Shown: in pieces, positions 1 through 11,800 of the stretch | How the letters are laid out: every line of letters starts with the position of its first letter | How positions within the stretch are numbered: position 1 is the first letter of the stretch | Origin: a virus | Length of the DNA: 64,000 nucleotides | Reading direction: 5' to 3' (one strand) | Virus record (IMG/VR): IMGVR_UViG_3300046758_000611 | Coordinates: 64,001-128,000 of that record | Program-made: the position numbers and the translations under genes | The notes under the pieces: model-generated | Told to the model about the DNA's origin: nothing | What the model saw: only the letters and a program-made list of their open reading frames with translations | Databases searched by the model: none

Positions 1-40
1 TTTGCAAAAGATTAAGAAGTTTTTGTTCGGAAATACCCAC
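1..40 (-). CDS. 5' fragment of a gene running off the window (MGISEQKLLNLLQ...)
   Basis: GTG overlaps the TAG of the RuvC-like gene (TAGTG); open to the window edge; only 13 codons visible. Confidence 0.4.
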   Translation of the reverse strand, partial: MGISEQKLLNLLQ

Positions 41-567
41 TATTTTAAAGAATACCAATGATAAAGAGATGCTACTACCGCATCAAGCATATCGTAGTTT
101 TTTTTATCATAATTATTCTTATTATTATAGTGAACAAACTCGGACAAATCAAGCATTTTTTCAATATTATTTTTTACAAAAGTTTTACTATCCAATCCCT
201 TTTCTCTACTTTTACCGAATACACTTTTCCGCAAGGTTGAAACATTGACGTGTTCTATTGGTATATTATACAATGCTTCTATTACATAACTTATTACCGC
301 ATTGCATTTTGCGAGTTTTACAATTGTTTGTTGACTTGTTCTGCCACCACCAAATCCACTTAGTGAATCTTCTACTATTATTATATCAGGTGAATAATCA
401 ACTTTATCTATACACTCAGCCACATAATGTGCTTTCGATGTTACATCAGTTTGCTTTTTGATATCAACAAAACCAGCAGATACTATTTTAGTTTTAGAAC
501 TTGAAAAGCAATATCCTACTACTGTAGAACTTATATCAAGTCCCAAACATATATTTGTTTTTTGCAT
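40..567 (-). CDS. RuvC-like Holliday junction resolvase
   Basis: RNase H-fold acidic motifs LGLDISSTVVGY, IIVED, DMLDAVVA; start set at ATG 567 just after a TATAAT box. Confidence 0.8.
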   Translation of the reverse strand: MQKTNICLGLDISSTVVGYCFSSSKTKIVSAGFVDIKKQTDVTSKAHYVAECIDKVDYSPDIIIVEDSLSGFGGGRTSQQTIVKLAKCNAVISYVIEALYNIPIEHVNVSTLRKSVFGKSREKGLDSKTFVKNNIEKMLDLSEFVHYNNKNNYDKKNYDMLDAVVASLYHWYSLK

Positions 568-572
568 ATGCA

Positions 573-601
573 ATTATATGCAAATAAATCTAAAAAATCA
601 A
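573..601 (-). promoter_or_regulatory. sigma70-type promoter, leaderless
   Basis: TTGATT-17 nt-TATAAT, then 5 nt to ATG 567. Confidence 0.6.
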
Positions 602-609
602 GTAATTAA

Positions 610-1206
610 TTAATATACGTTTTGACCACTTTTTGCACGAAAATCACCAGTTTGTCCGTTTCGGTTACCACGTGAGTTATCTGTACCACGAGAATCACTA
701 AATGCAATAGTTTCTCCGTATCTACGTGTATCCATGTTTAACCGATAAAAACTTGCATCGGCCGCACTTGCTGGATTACCAGAACCGTAATCAGAGTTGT
801 CTATTCCATAACTCATTATTTTACCACACATAAAACCACGATTGTTTGGTTTCCCGGTTACACCCTCTAAACTTGCATCGGCAGCTGCAGCCGAACGTGC
901 TTGCTTTGTGAAAGCATTTCTGCCATTTCCAGAACCACGACCATATCCACCCAATGCTGAATCTTGTCCAAAGAAACTTACACCAGGACGATTATATTCT
1001 TTTAATTTATCTTCTGGTATACCAGGAGATCCTGCTAAGTTACCATATGTAGGTGCGGCCTGACGATATAGTGTACTTGCTGTGTTAAGACGTCCAAGAA
1101 GTCCTCCTGTTCCAACCCCCCCAAACTCAGAACCCATCGAGGGACGAGTTTTTCCGTTTTTAAATTCTACTGCCGGTGTTGCTTTATATTGTAGTACTGT
1201 TGCCAT
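610..1206 (-). CDS. Gly-rich hypothetical protein, probably late/virion
   Basis: 198-aa ORF; ATATTTATA motif upstream at 1236-1244. Confidence 0.6.
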   Translation of the reverse strand: MATVLQYKATPAVEFKNGKTRPSMGSEFGGVGTGGLLGRLNTASTLYRQAAPTYGNLAGSPGIPEDKLKEYNRPGVSFFGQDSALGGYGRGSGNGRNAFTKQARSAAAADASLEGVTGKPNNRGFMCGKIMSYGIDNSDYGSGNPASAADASFYRLNMDTRRYGETIAFSDSRGTDNSRGNRNGQTGDFRAKSGQNVY

Positions 1207-1256
1207 AGTATGTTTCCTTAAAGTTTAATGTTTAATATAAATATTACATAAAATTC

Positions 1257-4200
1257 CTAAGAATCGTATTTTATTAAAAAATTAATTGGATAGTTTGGTA
1301 TTATCTTGACAGGCCTTCCTAATTTTGCCACCATTGCAAGTTCCGCACCGTGATATAATCCAATTGTAGTTGCATATGGTGCTAAATAACTTCCTTTTCT
1401 ATCTTTTGCAGTATTTTCACGAAAATCAAGAAAATCTTGTTTAATTTTTCTTCCATAATTCTTTCCTGTTTTTTCATCAAGATATTTTATTATTTCAAAA
1501 GAAGTAGAACGTTTCGCATTCGAACTTTCATCAATTAAGTTTTTTGTTAAGTCGTTTCCACGTCGTCCGACAAAATATCTTGCCAATAAATGTGCGTCAA
1601 TTGAACTTACCACACCATCACCGTCAATATCCAACCCATCTGATCCTAGTTCTTTTAAACGATCAAGATTATTAATTATTTTTTGATATTCACTTTCTTT
1701 TATATCAAACTTAGAAGTAGAAGAAAATAATGAATTAATTAACAACACATCTTCAGATTCTGTCATAATTATATCATCGTTTGGATTATTAGTATTCTGC
1801 CCCTCTTGAAGTTTTATTGCACCCGGGACATCACCTCCGGATGGAATTTTTAAAACCTGACCCACATATAAACTAAGATCACTTCTTAAATTATTTTCTT
1901 TTCTTAGAACATCTGTTGTAACCCCTGTCACGAGTGCAATGTGAACCATAGATTCAACTCGTTTTACAATGTGTCTTATTTTATTTTTAATGAGAACAAG
2001 CATTCCTATTTTAAATGTTCTGTCGGTTATTACATTTCCATACGAATCTTTAATGTCAGATACATCTACCTCATACTGTCTTGCTATTGTTTGTAAAGTT
2101 TCTCGTCCTACTATATACTCATCTTCACTTGAATCCCGTTGAGTTGGATCAACAAGTGATCCCATTATATATTTGTAAATATTTGCGACATCTCGTATAT
2201 CGAATAAAGCATCTTCGTTTATATCAAATGCTATCTTTTCATAAGTTAGTGCAGTTGGATTTGTGCTAACGTTAAATTCATAAGGTTCTACTCTACACAA
2301 GATTTCGTTTTCATAAATTGTATGAGAACCTTCAAACTCTAGTTCAAATCCACGTTCACCTGTACCGGAGAATAATTCGTCAAATTGTTCAAATACATTA
2401 GATATAACGGCAATTCCATTCTTATAAAATACATTTCCCACATAAGTCTTTTTGTTATCACGAATTGCAGTTGATTCATATGCAATAACCTTTCCACCAA
2501 TATTATAGTTTAAATAGTCAAGTTGGTTTATGGAAAAGTTACCAAAACTTGTGGCAACCGTTCCAACATCACTGAATAAGTAAATTTGATCTTCTTGCAT
2601 GGTATAAAGTCCAGAGACTGGAAATTTTCCTTCTACTGGACATCCAGAAAACATGAAATCTGAACTTAGTGCAACAGAAGTACCTGCTTGCTTTCTTATA
2701 CTATAACTCTGCTTATAACTTCTAATGGAGTTTCTTACCACAGGTTTATCTTCGTCAATTGAATAATAATAAACAGACCCCTCTACTGAATTTCTCTTTC
2801 CATAATAAACAAAATCAATTTCACTTATATCACTTGTAGAGTCTACAAGTGAACTTATATTATTTTGATCGATGCTTACAAAAAAATCTATAAAAACCAA
2901 ATCGTTTTCATATACCAACTGTGTTTGATCTCTGTAAATTCCACTATTTATAAATCCAAACTCACTATTATATCCACTTACCGAGGTGTCTATAAAATTA
3001 GCATATACTTCAAAATCTTTTAAATAGTCCAACTCTGGTTTCAAATTTGTAATGTTAATTCTAAGTTTACAATCAATAGGAGTTCCACCGAGTAATTCAT
3101 ATGTAAAATTTGTTTTAAGTATATTGTTAGAAATATAAAAATCTGTTTCTGATCCGTCAGAACCCTGTGTGTAATCAGATATACTTACGTTTTGCAAATC
3201 ACTATTTATTTCAATGCTACTCGTTTCATTACACGGAGAACCAACAATAAAGTTATTTCCGAGTATAGACACAGAATTTCCAAATCTAGTGGAAAATACA
3301 AGTTCATCAGTTTCCTCTCCATATATCTTATCTACAAAAATTAGACGTCCACTTTCTACCTTAAATACATACGCAGATCCTGCGGTCAGTGATGTTGAGT
3401 CGTTTCTTTGATTAAACTGACGGTCTGTTGGATCTCCTATAATACAGAAAGACTCATTTGCATCCATACATGACATAAAAGAACTATCTATATTAAAATT
3501 ATATTCGTATATTGTTTTAACCAGTGTATCCCTTGTTTGTACACCGTATGGGGAAACTCCTGTTGATATAGATATAACCGATTCGTTTCCATATAATAAA
3601 CCAAATTTTTCAAGACCAAAGTAAATTTTATTTACACCAGGTTCTAAATCAGAAAAGGGTATTTGAATACTATAAAATTTTCCACCAAAAACTTCAACAG
3701 AGTCTACGAATGTTCCACCGTGGGTAATCACCCGTTCAATATTTTTATTTAATGGTTGATTAACTCTATATATAAATCCATCTGATATATCAGAGTCATC
3801 TAAGACTAAATTATTAAGAGTAACCGAGACAATTTCATTTTCATAATCCACATCAAATGTAGTATCAAAATAAGAAGAAACTTCGGTTGGTTCTAAGTTA
3901 TACTCAAACATACCCAAATTGCTTATTGTTTGTTCATGTGTGTATGTAAATTCGTTATTTTCATTCATGGACCAAGTAAATACCGCACACATTTTATGTT
4001 CCCGTGAACCTATAAAAATATTTGTTTGTGTAAGTTTTACCACTTCACCAAATCTTTTAAATGATTTTAACTCATCATTTTTTATTGCTATTACACCGAC
4101 TAAATCATACGTTGGATCACCAATTGCAAAATCAGGTGTTCGTTCATATTCACCTTTTGTTGATATATATTTATCATCAAAAGTTACAACATCTATTGTT

Positions 4201-5675
4201 GAGTTCTCGACATAAGAAATTGGTGTATCTCTTTCCGAAATTACATTTTCTATTTTCCACCTAGTTACATTCTTATTTATTCTATTTACTTCATCTATAT
4301 CAGTTGGATAAGTTCCAGTGTGGGTTTCACTTTCCGTATCATAGTTATACTCATCGTAAACACTTGATACTCTAATCCAAGGGTGATTTTCGGTTCTAGA
4401 TGTCTTTTTAAAAACATAAACAACACCATTATCATTATCATGTGCAGGTGAACCTACAATCAAATAATCTTGATGCAAAGAGCACGAATATCCAAATTCA
4501 GAACCAGGTTCTCCTTCTAATATATTTATAAGACCCCAGTTGTCTATTCCACCTTTATTTTTATTGTAAATAAAGACATGACCATGTGCGTGTGTTTCAT
4601 TTGTTCCTCGTATGTGTGATTGAGGTGAACCCACAACGCATTCAGTTCGTGTTATGTCAACAGACTCACCAAACATATCATTTGTTGTATAGTTATCCTG
4701 AATGAGAAGATTGCCGAGTTGATCGGTCAATATATCATTTCCGTCACTGCTTATTTCCTGCGAAATTCCATTTTGAGTAAATGGACAATACAATTCCTTT
4801 AATAAATTAAACCCACCATCGTTCAGTCCTGATGTACTGTGTAGTAGTATTTCTGCTTTTCCAGTTTTAATATCAGTTGGGGCATCTTCAGACACAGGAC
4901 AACCCACTATTAAATATTTTTGATAAGCAGACACATTCTTACCAAAACTTAAATTATTAAAATCGAACTCATTTCCATCACCCACTTCTCTTGATATTTC
5001 ACGTGAATTTGAAGATATACCAACGGAATCACTTGAACTTAATGAAGAATCACTTATTATTAAATTAGTTGCACCATCATCTATTATCTTAACTGACCCA
5101 AGTTCTGAACTTTTATCTTTTATTGTAAACGAACTAGGAGAAACTTTATCTCCCATTTTATTTTTTGAAAAATCAAGAACCCACGCAGAGTCTCCGAGTT
5201 TTCTAATCTCTTGGTTTAGGTTTTCTCGTGAATTAATTGCATCAAGGTAATTCTCCTCCGTTCCATAAACACCGGTTTCTGATCCAAATACCATCAGTGG
5301 GTTTATTGTACCAAACTCTTCTTCTTGAGTTCCATAGTTGTTGTAAAACAGATGTCGTATTGAACTATAAATAGTTCTACAATATGTACCATCCTTGTTT
5401 ACAGGTTCTGTGTTTTCATCGTAATGGGAATGCCCCCTTGGATAAAATGTCCCATCGGTTTTTTTAGCAAATCTAATTGTTACCGCACTGTCCGATTCAG
5501 ATTGCTCAAGTGATAATTTATTGTTGATATCCGAAAATAAAGGTATTTTTGTTCCACCGTCTACTTCTTGTTCAAGAATTAGTTCGTTTGTGGATTCCAA
5601 CGAAGAATACTTCCACTTTCGGTTCGCACGAAATTTTCTTACATTCTTATCAGAAAGTTTTATATTCTTTATCAT
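1257..5675 (-). CDS. baseplate/tail-associated protein with FG-GAP beta-propeller, two LysM domains and dockerin-like Ca-binding motifs
   Basis: repeats FGKNVSAYQKYLIVGCP, FGESVDI..VVGSP, FGYSCSL..LIVGSP, FGNSVSI..IVGSP; LysM-like HIVKRVESMVHIA...LYVGQVLKIP; DINEDALFDIRD and DIDGDGVVSSID; C-terminal TTIGLY..ELAMVAKL. Confidence 0.75.
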   Translation of the reverse strand: MIKNIKLSDKNVRKFRANRKWKYSSLESTNELILEQEVDGGTKIPLFSDINNKLSLEQSESDSAVTIRFAKKTDGTFYPRGHSHYDENTEPVNKDGTYCRTIYSSIRHLFYNNYGTQEEEFGTINPLMVFGSETGVYGTEENYLDAINSRENLNQEIRKLGDSAWVLDFSKNKMGDKVSPSSFTIKDKSSELGSVKIIDDGATNLIISDSSLSSSDSVGISSNSREISREVGDGNEFDFNNLSFGKNVSAYQKYLIVGCPVSEDAPTDIKTGKAEILLHSTSGLNDGGFNLLKELYCPFTQNGISQEISSDGNDILTDQLGNLLIQDNYTTNDMFGESVDITRTECVVGSPQSHIRGTNETHAHGHVFIYNKNKGGIDNWGLINILEGEPGSEFGYSCSLHQDYLIVGSPAHDNDNGVVYVFKKTSRTENHPWIRVSSVYDEYNYDTESETHTGTYPTDIDEVNRINKNVTRWKIENVISERDTPISYVENSTIDVVTFDDKYISTKGEYERTPDFAIGDPTYDLVGVIAIKNDELKSFKRFGEVVKLTQTNIFIGSREHKMCAVFTWSMNENNEFTYTHEQTISNLGMFEYNLEPTEVSSYFDTTFDVDYENEIVSVTLNNLVLDDSDISDGFIYRVNQPLNKNIERVITHGGTFVDSVEVFGGKFYSIQIPFSDLEPGVNKIYFGLEKFGLLYGNESVISISTGVSPYGVQTRDTLVKTIYEYNFNIDSSFMSCMDANESFCIIGDPTDRQFNQRNDSTSLTAGSAYVFKVESGRLIFVDKIYGEETDELVFSTRFGNSVSILGNNFIVGSPCNETSSIEINSDLQNVSISDYTQGSDGSETDFYISNNILKTNFTYELLGGTPIDCKLRINITNLKPELDYLKDFEVYANFIDTSVSGYNSEFGFINSGIYRDQTQLVYENDLVFIDFFVSIDQNNISSLVDSTSDISEIDFVYYGKRNSVEGSVYYYSIDEDKPVVRNSIRSYKQSYSIRKQAGTSVALSSDFMFSGCPVEGKFPVSGLYTMQEDQIYLFSDVGTVATSFGNFSINQLDYLNYNIGGKVIAYESTAIRDNKKTYVGNVFYKNGIAVISNVFEQFDELFSGTGERGFELEFEGSHTIYENEILCRVEPYEFNVSTNPTALTYEKIAFDINEDALFDIRDVANIYKYIMGSLVDPTQRDSSEDEYIVGRETLQTIARQYEVDVSDIKDSYGNVITDRTFKIGMLVLIKNKIRHIVKRVESMVHIALVTGVTTDVLRKENNLRSDLSLYVGQVLKIPSGGDVPGAIKLQEGQNTNNPNDDIIMTESEDVLLINSLFSSTSKFDIKESEYQKIINNLDRLKELGSDGLDIDGDGVVSSIDAHLLARYFVGRRGNDLTKNLIDESSNAKRSTSFEIIKYLDEKTGKNYGRKIKQDFLDFRENTAKDRKGSYLAPYATTIGLYHGAELAMVAKLGRPVKIIPNYPINFLIKYDS

Positions 5676-5705
5676 AAATATAAGTATATATTTACAACAA
5701 ATTAT

Positions 5706-7136
5706 TTAAAAATCTAACTTTACCTTTATAAGAGTTTCAGAGTCAAAACTTTTCAGTACAGGTGTACTTAATTTTGCAATAGCAACCAATTCATTGTTTT
5801 CCGTATACAATCCTATTGTTGTAATATACGTACGGGGATCAGATATAAAATCTTCATGTCGCACTCTTCCATACCAATAGTCCTTTGAAATTCCAGTTTC
5901 TATATTTTTTTGTTTTGCCTCGTCATTTTGATAAACATATGTCGGATTGTTGCTATAATTAAAGTCGGTATTTTTTACACGAATAAAATAATGCTTAGAC
6001 GGAATATTTTCTGTACTTCTACACTTTAGGTTTTCTCCATCTCGCAACGCATAAAATAATTTTAGAAAATTTTGATGGTTTCGTTCTGTTCCATATCTAA
6101 AATTACTATCAGAACCTTCTACATTTTCAATTCCACCGCACCAAGCAAAAAATGTACCAGCATTTTTATCATTATCTTGTGTTGAATATTCAGGTATTGC
6201 ATTTAGTTGTGATCTGAAAAAGTTTCCAGAATCGGATGCTATTGCGTATGGATTAAGTATTACGATTCCTAAGTCAGGATAAAATAATCCAAAACCCTCT
6301 CCGTCTCCAGTTAACCCACCTCCATCGGAATAATAGTCTTCGGTTTGTGGTGCTATGTCTGTGAGAGATCCTTTTATTATATTAAAAACCTTTCCTATTC
6401 GTGATCTACCTGCTTCAATTTGTGTATCAGATTGGTATCTACTATCGTCTCTAAATGTCTGCTCATACACAAACTCTTTTAGTTCATTTGTAGATGGATC
6501 AACATATTGATGTTTTAATTTTAAAGTAAACTCAAGATTTCCTTCATCCAATTTTTCTTTAATTCTACTTGAAGCAAAATTTATAATATAAATCGACTCT
6601 CGGTCCGCAACTTCGTCTCCTATTTTGGGAAATGTAAAAAAGGAATCACCAGGTCCCAAAAGTATATTTTTGTACTGATTATATATTGCCTTTGTAACAG
6701 ATGCTGATTTTTCTCCAACCCTTGAACCATAACCATTTTTATCACCATAAGAAACTGTAAATTGAACTTCCGAATTTGCTTCTGTTGTTGGTAAATTATA
6801 CACATTCGCATAATAGTCTCCACCTTTAACACTTGTCCAGTTATCTGTATGATATAAAGCAGTTTCTGACACATTAATGTTTTCAGAATAATTTTCTGTG
6901 TATGTTGGTGCGGTATTTGATGCAATGTAACTTGGTTTTTCAATATCTAGTTGTCCATCACCGTCATTATCTGCATTTGTTACCACATATGATAGTGGTG
7001 TGTCTAATTCCCCTCCGTCCGAATTGTCTATAAACATATCAGTCAATTGAAATTCATCATTAGAGAAAGCACCGGATGAAATCTTGAGAGTTCTTCCAGT
7101 AACTTTATCACTATCTTCTAGTTGTTTGTAAATCAT
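5706..7136 (-). CDS. baseplate/tail structural protein, paralogous core to 1257..5675
   Basis: shared motifs FNYSNNPT vs FNVSTNPT and YITTIGLY..ELVAIAKLSTPV vs YATTIGLY..ELAMVAKLGRPV. Confidence 0.7.
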   Translation of the reverse strand: MIYKQLEDSDKVTGRTLKISSGAFSNDEFQLTDMFIDNSDGGELDTPLSYVVTNADNDGDGQLDIEKPSYIASNTAPTYTENYSENINVSETALYHTDNWTSVKGGDYYANVYNLPTTEANSEVQFTVSYGDKNGYGSRVGEKSASVTKAIYNQYKNILLGPGDSFFTFPKIGDEVADRESIYIINFASSRIKEKLDEGNLEFTLKLKHQYVDPSTNELKEFVYEQTFRDDSRYQSDTQIEAGRSRIGKVFNIIKGSLTDIAPQTEDYYSDGGGLTGDGEGFGLFYPDLGIVILNPYAIASDSGNFFRSQLNAIPEYSTQDNDKNAGTFFAWCGGIENVEGSDSNFRYGTERNHQNFLKLFYALRDGENLKCRSTENIPSKHYFIRVKNTDFNYSNNPTYVYQNDEAKQKNIETGISKDYWYGRVRHEDFISDPRTYITTIGLYTENNELVAIAKLSTPVLKSFDSETLIKVKLDF

Positions 7137-7137
7137 A

Positions 7138-7803
7138 TTAGTAATTTATTGCGTTTATTAGTTCACTCTCTGATTGGGATTCTGTGAATACTCGTACAGG
7201 GATTGTAATTGATCCACCGGTTTCATTTCCAATTATAGTTAGTGTTGTTACTACACTTTTTGTTAAAGAAGCATTTGGACGAAATGTAAATTGCAACCCA
7301 ACAGATGTAGTTGATTGTTCACTTGAGGTGTCACCTATAAACAATGAAGTTGTTTGTGATACAGAAGCATCTACACCAGACCCCTCCAGTGTACCAGCAT
7401 CACTATTTGACAACACGGCCGTATAACCAAGTGTTGTGTTGTATACAGGATCGGTTGTTGGAGTAATTGAAACAAATCCTTGGTAATCGGTATCCAATGT
7501 GATACTTTGTTGACCCAATTTTATTTTTGGGACCATTTGTGTTCCAGCTGGAAGTGTTACTAATTTATATTTCAATGCTTGTGTTTCATCAGTAAGTGGT
7601 TCAAAAACAGGCATTGTCCGTAAAGCTGCGTCATAATATTGCGAACCTTCTGGATGATTCGTATCGTAAAGTGTATAATCTATTTCGTCATCCGCAAGAG
7701 CAAAACTTGTAATGTTAAGTCCGTTTTCCGATGCTAATAGTTCTCTTCCTCGTTTTGTGAGGACTGCTTCAACCGTAATTGTTTCGTTATTTAAGTATCC
7801 CAT
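7138..7803 (-). CDS. virion structural protein with tail-collar-like N-terminus
   Basis: MGYLNNETITVEAVLTKRGRELLA..ITSFALADDEIDY; start moved to ATG 7803, downstream of ATATTTATA at 7826-7834. Confidence 0.65.
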   Translation of the reverse strand: MGYLNNETITVEAVLTKRGRELLASENGLNITSFALADDEIDYTLYDTNHPEGSQYYDAALRTMPVFEPLTDETQALKYKLVTLPAGTQMVPKIKLGQQSITLDTDYQGFVSITPTTDPVYNTTLGYTAVLSNSDAGTLEGSGVDASVSQTTSLFIGDTSSEQSTTSVGLQFTFRPNASLTKSVVTTLTIIGNETGGSITIPVRVFTESQSESELINAINY

Positions 7804-7849
7804 GTCTAATATATATATTTTATAGTATAAATATTTATATACAATATTT

Positions 7850-8803
7850 TTATGTTGCAATAATTCTTCCTTTTATTTTTCTAAATTTTCCGTTGGCAAC
7901 TTTCCTAATTCCATCGTTACTTCCACCAGTTACCACAAATTTCTGTTCTTCTATTTTTTCAGAATTAAGCAATGCCATTGCTTGTTTTTCCGTAAAACCC
8001 ATATTCATTTTATCAATTATATTGTTTGCATAGTTATCAAATGCTTCAACATATTTGTCTGATTGCATATAATAATAATCAAGTCCTCCGTTTATTTTTA
8101 GAAAATCTTGTTTTGTGATTGGTTGTCTTTCTGATTCATCTATATATGAAGTTTGTTGTGTTGTTCTTCCTTCGTGAAAAAAATAAGAAACTTCGGATGT
8201 TGTGTGTTCATTCAGTGAAACATTTCCATAATCAAGTATATCGGAATAAAACATAACATTATCTATCATACCACAAAATCTACCAATTTCAATATTATTA
8301 AAAGTAACAAATGGTCGTGTGAATCCAGTATCATGTGATCCTACATACACATTATCCACAAACAGCCTGGTAATTCCCGAAGGATAAAAATTTACTACAA
8401 CACAATGCCATGTCTCTTTTGTGAGTTTAAAAAAGAAACTTGAATCTTCACCGGATGCAGGTGTATTCCAATTTATACCAAGTTCAAGTTCTTCTTCGTT
8501 TGCGTTTACTACAACTCCTGTTCTATTATCAGTTTCAGGTGACCTATTTAACATAATACCCGAAGATGGAGCACTTTCTTGATCAAGATAAACCCAAAAC
8601 GCCATACAGGCAGAATTTGTATACACACTACTTTGTTGAACTACTTTGATATATTCGTGTGTATTTGTTTCATCTTCACTTACGTTATTTTTTAATTTAA
8701 CTATATTTCTATACTCACGATCAGGACCACCCGTAAGTAAGTCACCTCCATATAATACCCCATAGTTTGAGGTGTTGACTGAGTTTATTATTTTAACTGC
8801 CAT
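7850..8803 (-). CDS. LamG/concanavalin A-like domain virion protein
   Basis: MAFWVY...WHCVVV...LFVDNV...[14 protein letters not shown] pattern. Confidence 0.7.
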   Translation of the reverse strand: MAVKIINSVNTSNYGVLYGGDLLTGGPDREYRNIVKLKNNVSEDETNTHEYIKVVQQSSVYTNSACMAFWVYLDQESAPSSGIMLNRSPETDNRTGVVVNANEEELELGINWNTPASGEDSSFFFKLTKETWHCVVVNFYPSGITRLFVDNVYVGSHDTGFTRPFVTFNNIEIGRFCGMIDNVMFYSDILDYGNVSLNEHTTSEVSYFFHEGRTTQQTSYIDESERQPITKQDFLKINGGLDYYYMQSDKYVEAFDNYANNIIDKMNMGFTEKQAMALLNSEKIEEQKFVVTGGSNDGIRKVANGKFRKIKGRIIAT

Positions 8804-11800
8804 TTTGAGTAACCTTTCTTAGTATATTAGATCCTATTGTGGTTTCAAGTTCTCCTTCGTAACAATCTCCATTACTTCGTATAAATCTAATTTTTAGAGG
8901 ATTTACAAAATTTCTTGATACTTCGATGGTCATACCACCTTGACTAAAATCACTAACATTAAACGGACATACATAGGAACGGGGAATCGTTGGTTCGGTT
9001 GAAGTATCATCAAAGCATATTGTTCCATCTTCTGATGATGAAACTTTAATACCCAAGTTGCCAAAATCACCAACCAAGTTTTCTATTTCTAATATAACAC
9101 CCAACTGACCACAACAATCAATTGGAGTTTGTGTTGGAGTTGGAGTTTGTGTTGGAGTTGGAGTTGGGGAAGGTGTGATAGTTTGTGTGGGTGTGGGTGT
9201 GGGGGTGAGTGTTGGGGTCTGCGTGAGTGTTGGGGTCTGCGTGGGTGTTAGGGTCTGCGTAGGGGATGGTGTGGGTGTTGGGGTTCGTTCCAATCGTGTA
9301 AATGGATAATTAACATTAAATTCGGGAGACACAGGTAAAATAGTTTCATAACAGACATTATCGTTTGTCACAAATCGTATCAATGTTTCGTTTACTAATT
9401 TTGAAGGTAAAGAAAGTGTCAACCCACCATTACTAAAATCTTCTTCAACAAATGGACAACTATAAATTATTGTAGTTGGGTTGTTCGTACTTCGTTCTAA
9501 ATTGTTGTAACATAGTGTACCTGCAATAGATGTAGTTACAACTATTGATTCAGATTCAATTGTATTTTGGCCCTCATTTAAGTTTTTTGTTTTTAATAAA
9601 CCTTGACAACACTCATATGGTGTGGGTGTCTGTGTTGGGGTTTGGGTTGGTGTGGGTGTCTGCGTTGGTGTCTGCGTTTGAGTAGGAGTTGGTGTTGGTG
9701 TTGGTGTTGATGTTTGCGTTGGTGTCTGAGTAGGAGTTGGTGTTGGAGTTTCTGCCAAAGATGTGGGTGTTTCTAAAACAAATGGTGTGGATGTGTAGGT
9801 TGGTGTTTCTGTGGGAGTTGGTGTTGGTGTTAAGTCAACATTGTCAGTTTCTTCAAACTTAAAATAAAATTCAGGTTGTTTATCAAGAGATAACATCGAT
9901 GGATATTGATCTTGTCTAAGGGTATTTGTGGTAACAACATTTTCAGTTGGTTTGTCTTCGATAAACCAAAATGAATCGTGCGATGCGTTTGTACTTATAG
10001 ACTTTGTTCTAACGACACATGGAGTGTAATTCAAATTTCCGTTAGAATCAACGGTAGTAGTTGAATTGTTAGTTGTTGACTTACTGAATATATATCTTTT
10101 CTTCCTGCTTCTAATTTTAGGTACACCACTTTCTATGAAATCACCACGATTTCCAATATCCACAAGGTTGTATCCTGAAAATTCAGTTGTTATATCGTGT
10201 AATATATTATTTCGTATAATGTGTTGATTTAGATCATAATCCAAATCAAAATTAGAAATAGAAAAATTTATATCAGTTGGTAAATTATATCTTTTAGAAT
10301 TTGTATAATTTTGAAATCGTCTTATATTAAAATTAAATTTAACATTATACTCTATTTCTTTTATATAATCTGGAACATGAACTCTTGAATTATTTGTTGA
10401 AATGACATCAGATGCTTCCCATGACTTCTGTGTATAGTTTATGTTTCTCCAATTGGCACTTTTGCTTTTATTATTAATTGTATTATTTACTGATATTGTA
10501 AGTGGTGGAACAAAAAAGTCACTTCTGTTAAAATTATCATTAAAATTAAATTCATATTTTAAAAAATCACCCAGTTCCGACGAGAATATATGTGGTGATG
10601 ATTTCATACTAATTGGACAAATGTTTGTTTTTATATTTTCATATGAATTTTTTGTGTAACCAAAATAAAAAATAGAAGTTTTGTGGATCGTGTTTGACCC
10701 GGAGTCTTTAAATTGTGGTAATAGAAAATCTTCTCCCAAAAATAAATTTTCATCAAATGACCAAAATATATCAACAGATTTTAAGTCAACATTTCTAATT
10801 AAATTTTTGATTTGAATTTCATTTTCCTCGTTTGTTTGTAAGTTTGTTAAAATTGTTTCCGTAAAATATTCACTCGTTTGATTTACAAGTGGGTGGGGTC
10901 TAAAGCTATCAAGTTCATATCCCCTCGGTTCTCCGTATATATTTTTTTTGATTTTATATGTGTAAATAGCAATCGGTAAAAGTGGTCGTTTATATGAAGT
11001 GTATGGCAATTTTTGTGTATTTGTTGTTTGTACTGTGTAAATTGGTTGTCTTTCTCCGACACACCCATCACATACATTATCAACGATATATCCAAATTTT
11101 AATTCATCGTCTTCAAATTTACGCAAACTTGCGTTTTTCCAAGCAAATGCGTTTTCTTCGTTTTCATCAAAGTTATTAATCTCTGAATTTGTATTTGAAT
11201 ACCCGACTCGTAAGTTAAGTAGTCTTTTCTCACAATTGGTAGCAGAATTTTCAAACATAACATAATAAGAACCCTCGTCCCTCGGATCATCGTTTACCAA
11301 TTTCCATGAAAGATTTAAATTATCATAAAAAATATACCAACCATTTACATTTTTATACAATGGATATTCATTTAGGAAATCACTGGTTTTCATGTAAAAT
11401 CCATCAACACCATCATACCTACCTCGTATATTTCTATTTGAAATAGTTATATATGGTAATATTTTATCTTCATTCAATTTACGATTAGTTAATATGCAAA
11501 ATGTTTTTGTTTTATCATCATGATATTCTCCATATGCAGGTAAAATTAAATTCAAAGAACGTACAGATACTGTCCATGCCAAGTTTTTGTTACTTATCGT
11601 TTGAAATGTTTTGAATAATCTTTTATTGGGAATCAAAACAAAAGAATCACCAGTTGCCACAAAATTTGTTTTTGATTCAATATTAATATCTTCGTCTGAT
11701 TTATATAAATCCTCAACGGCAATAACATCTGACTCATAAACCGACTCGTGGATTGGTGCATGAACTATTGTACCAACTTGAAAGTCAAAATTATTGTTGC

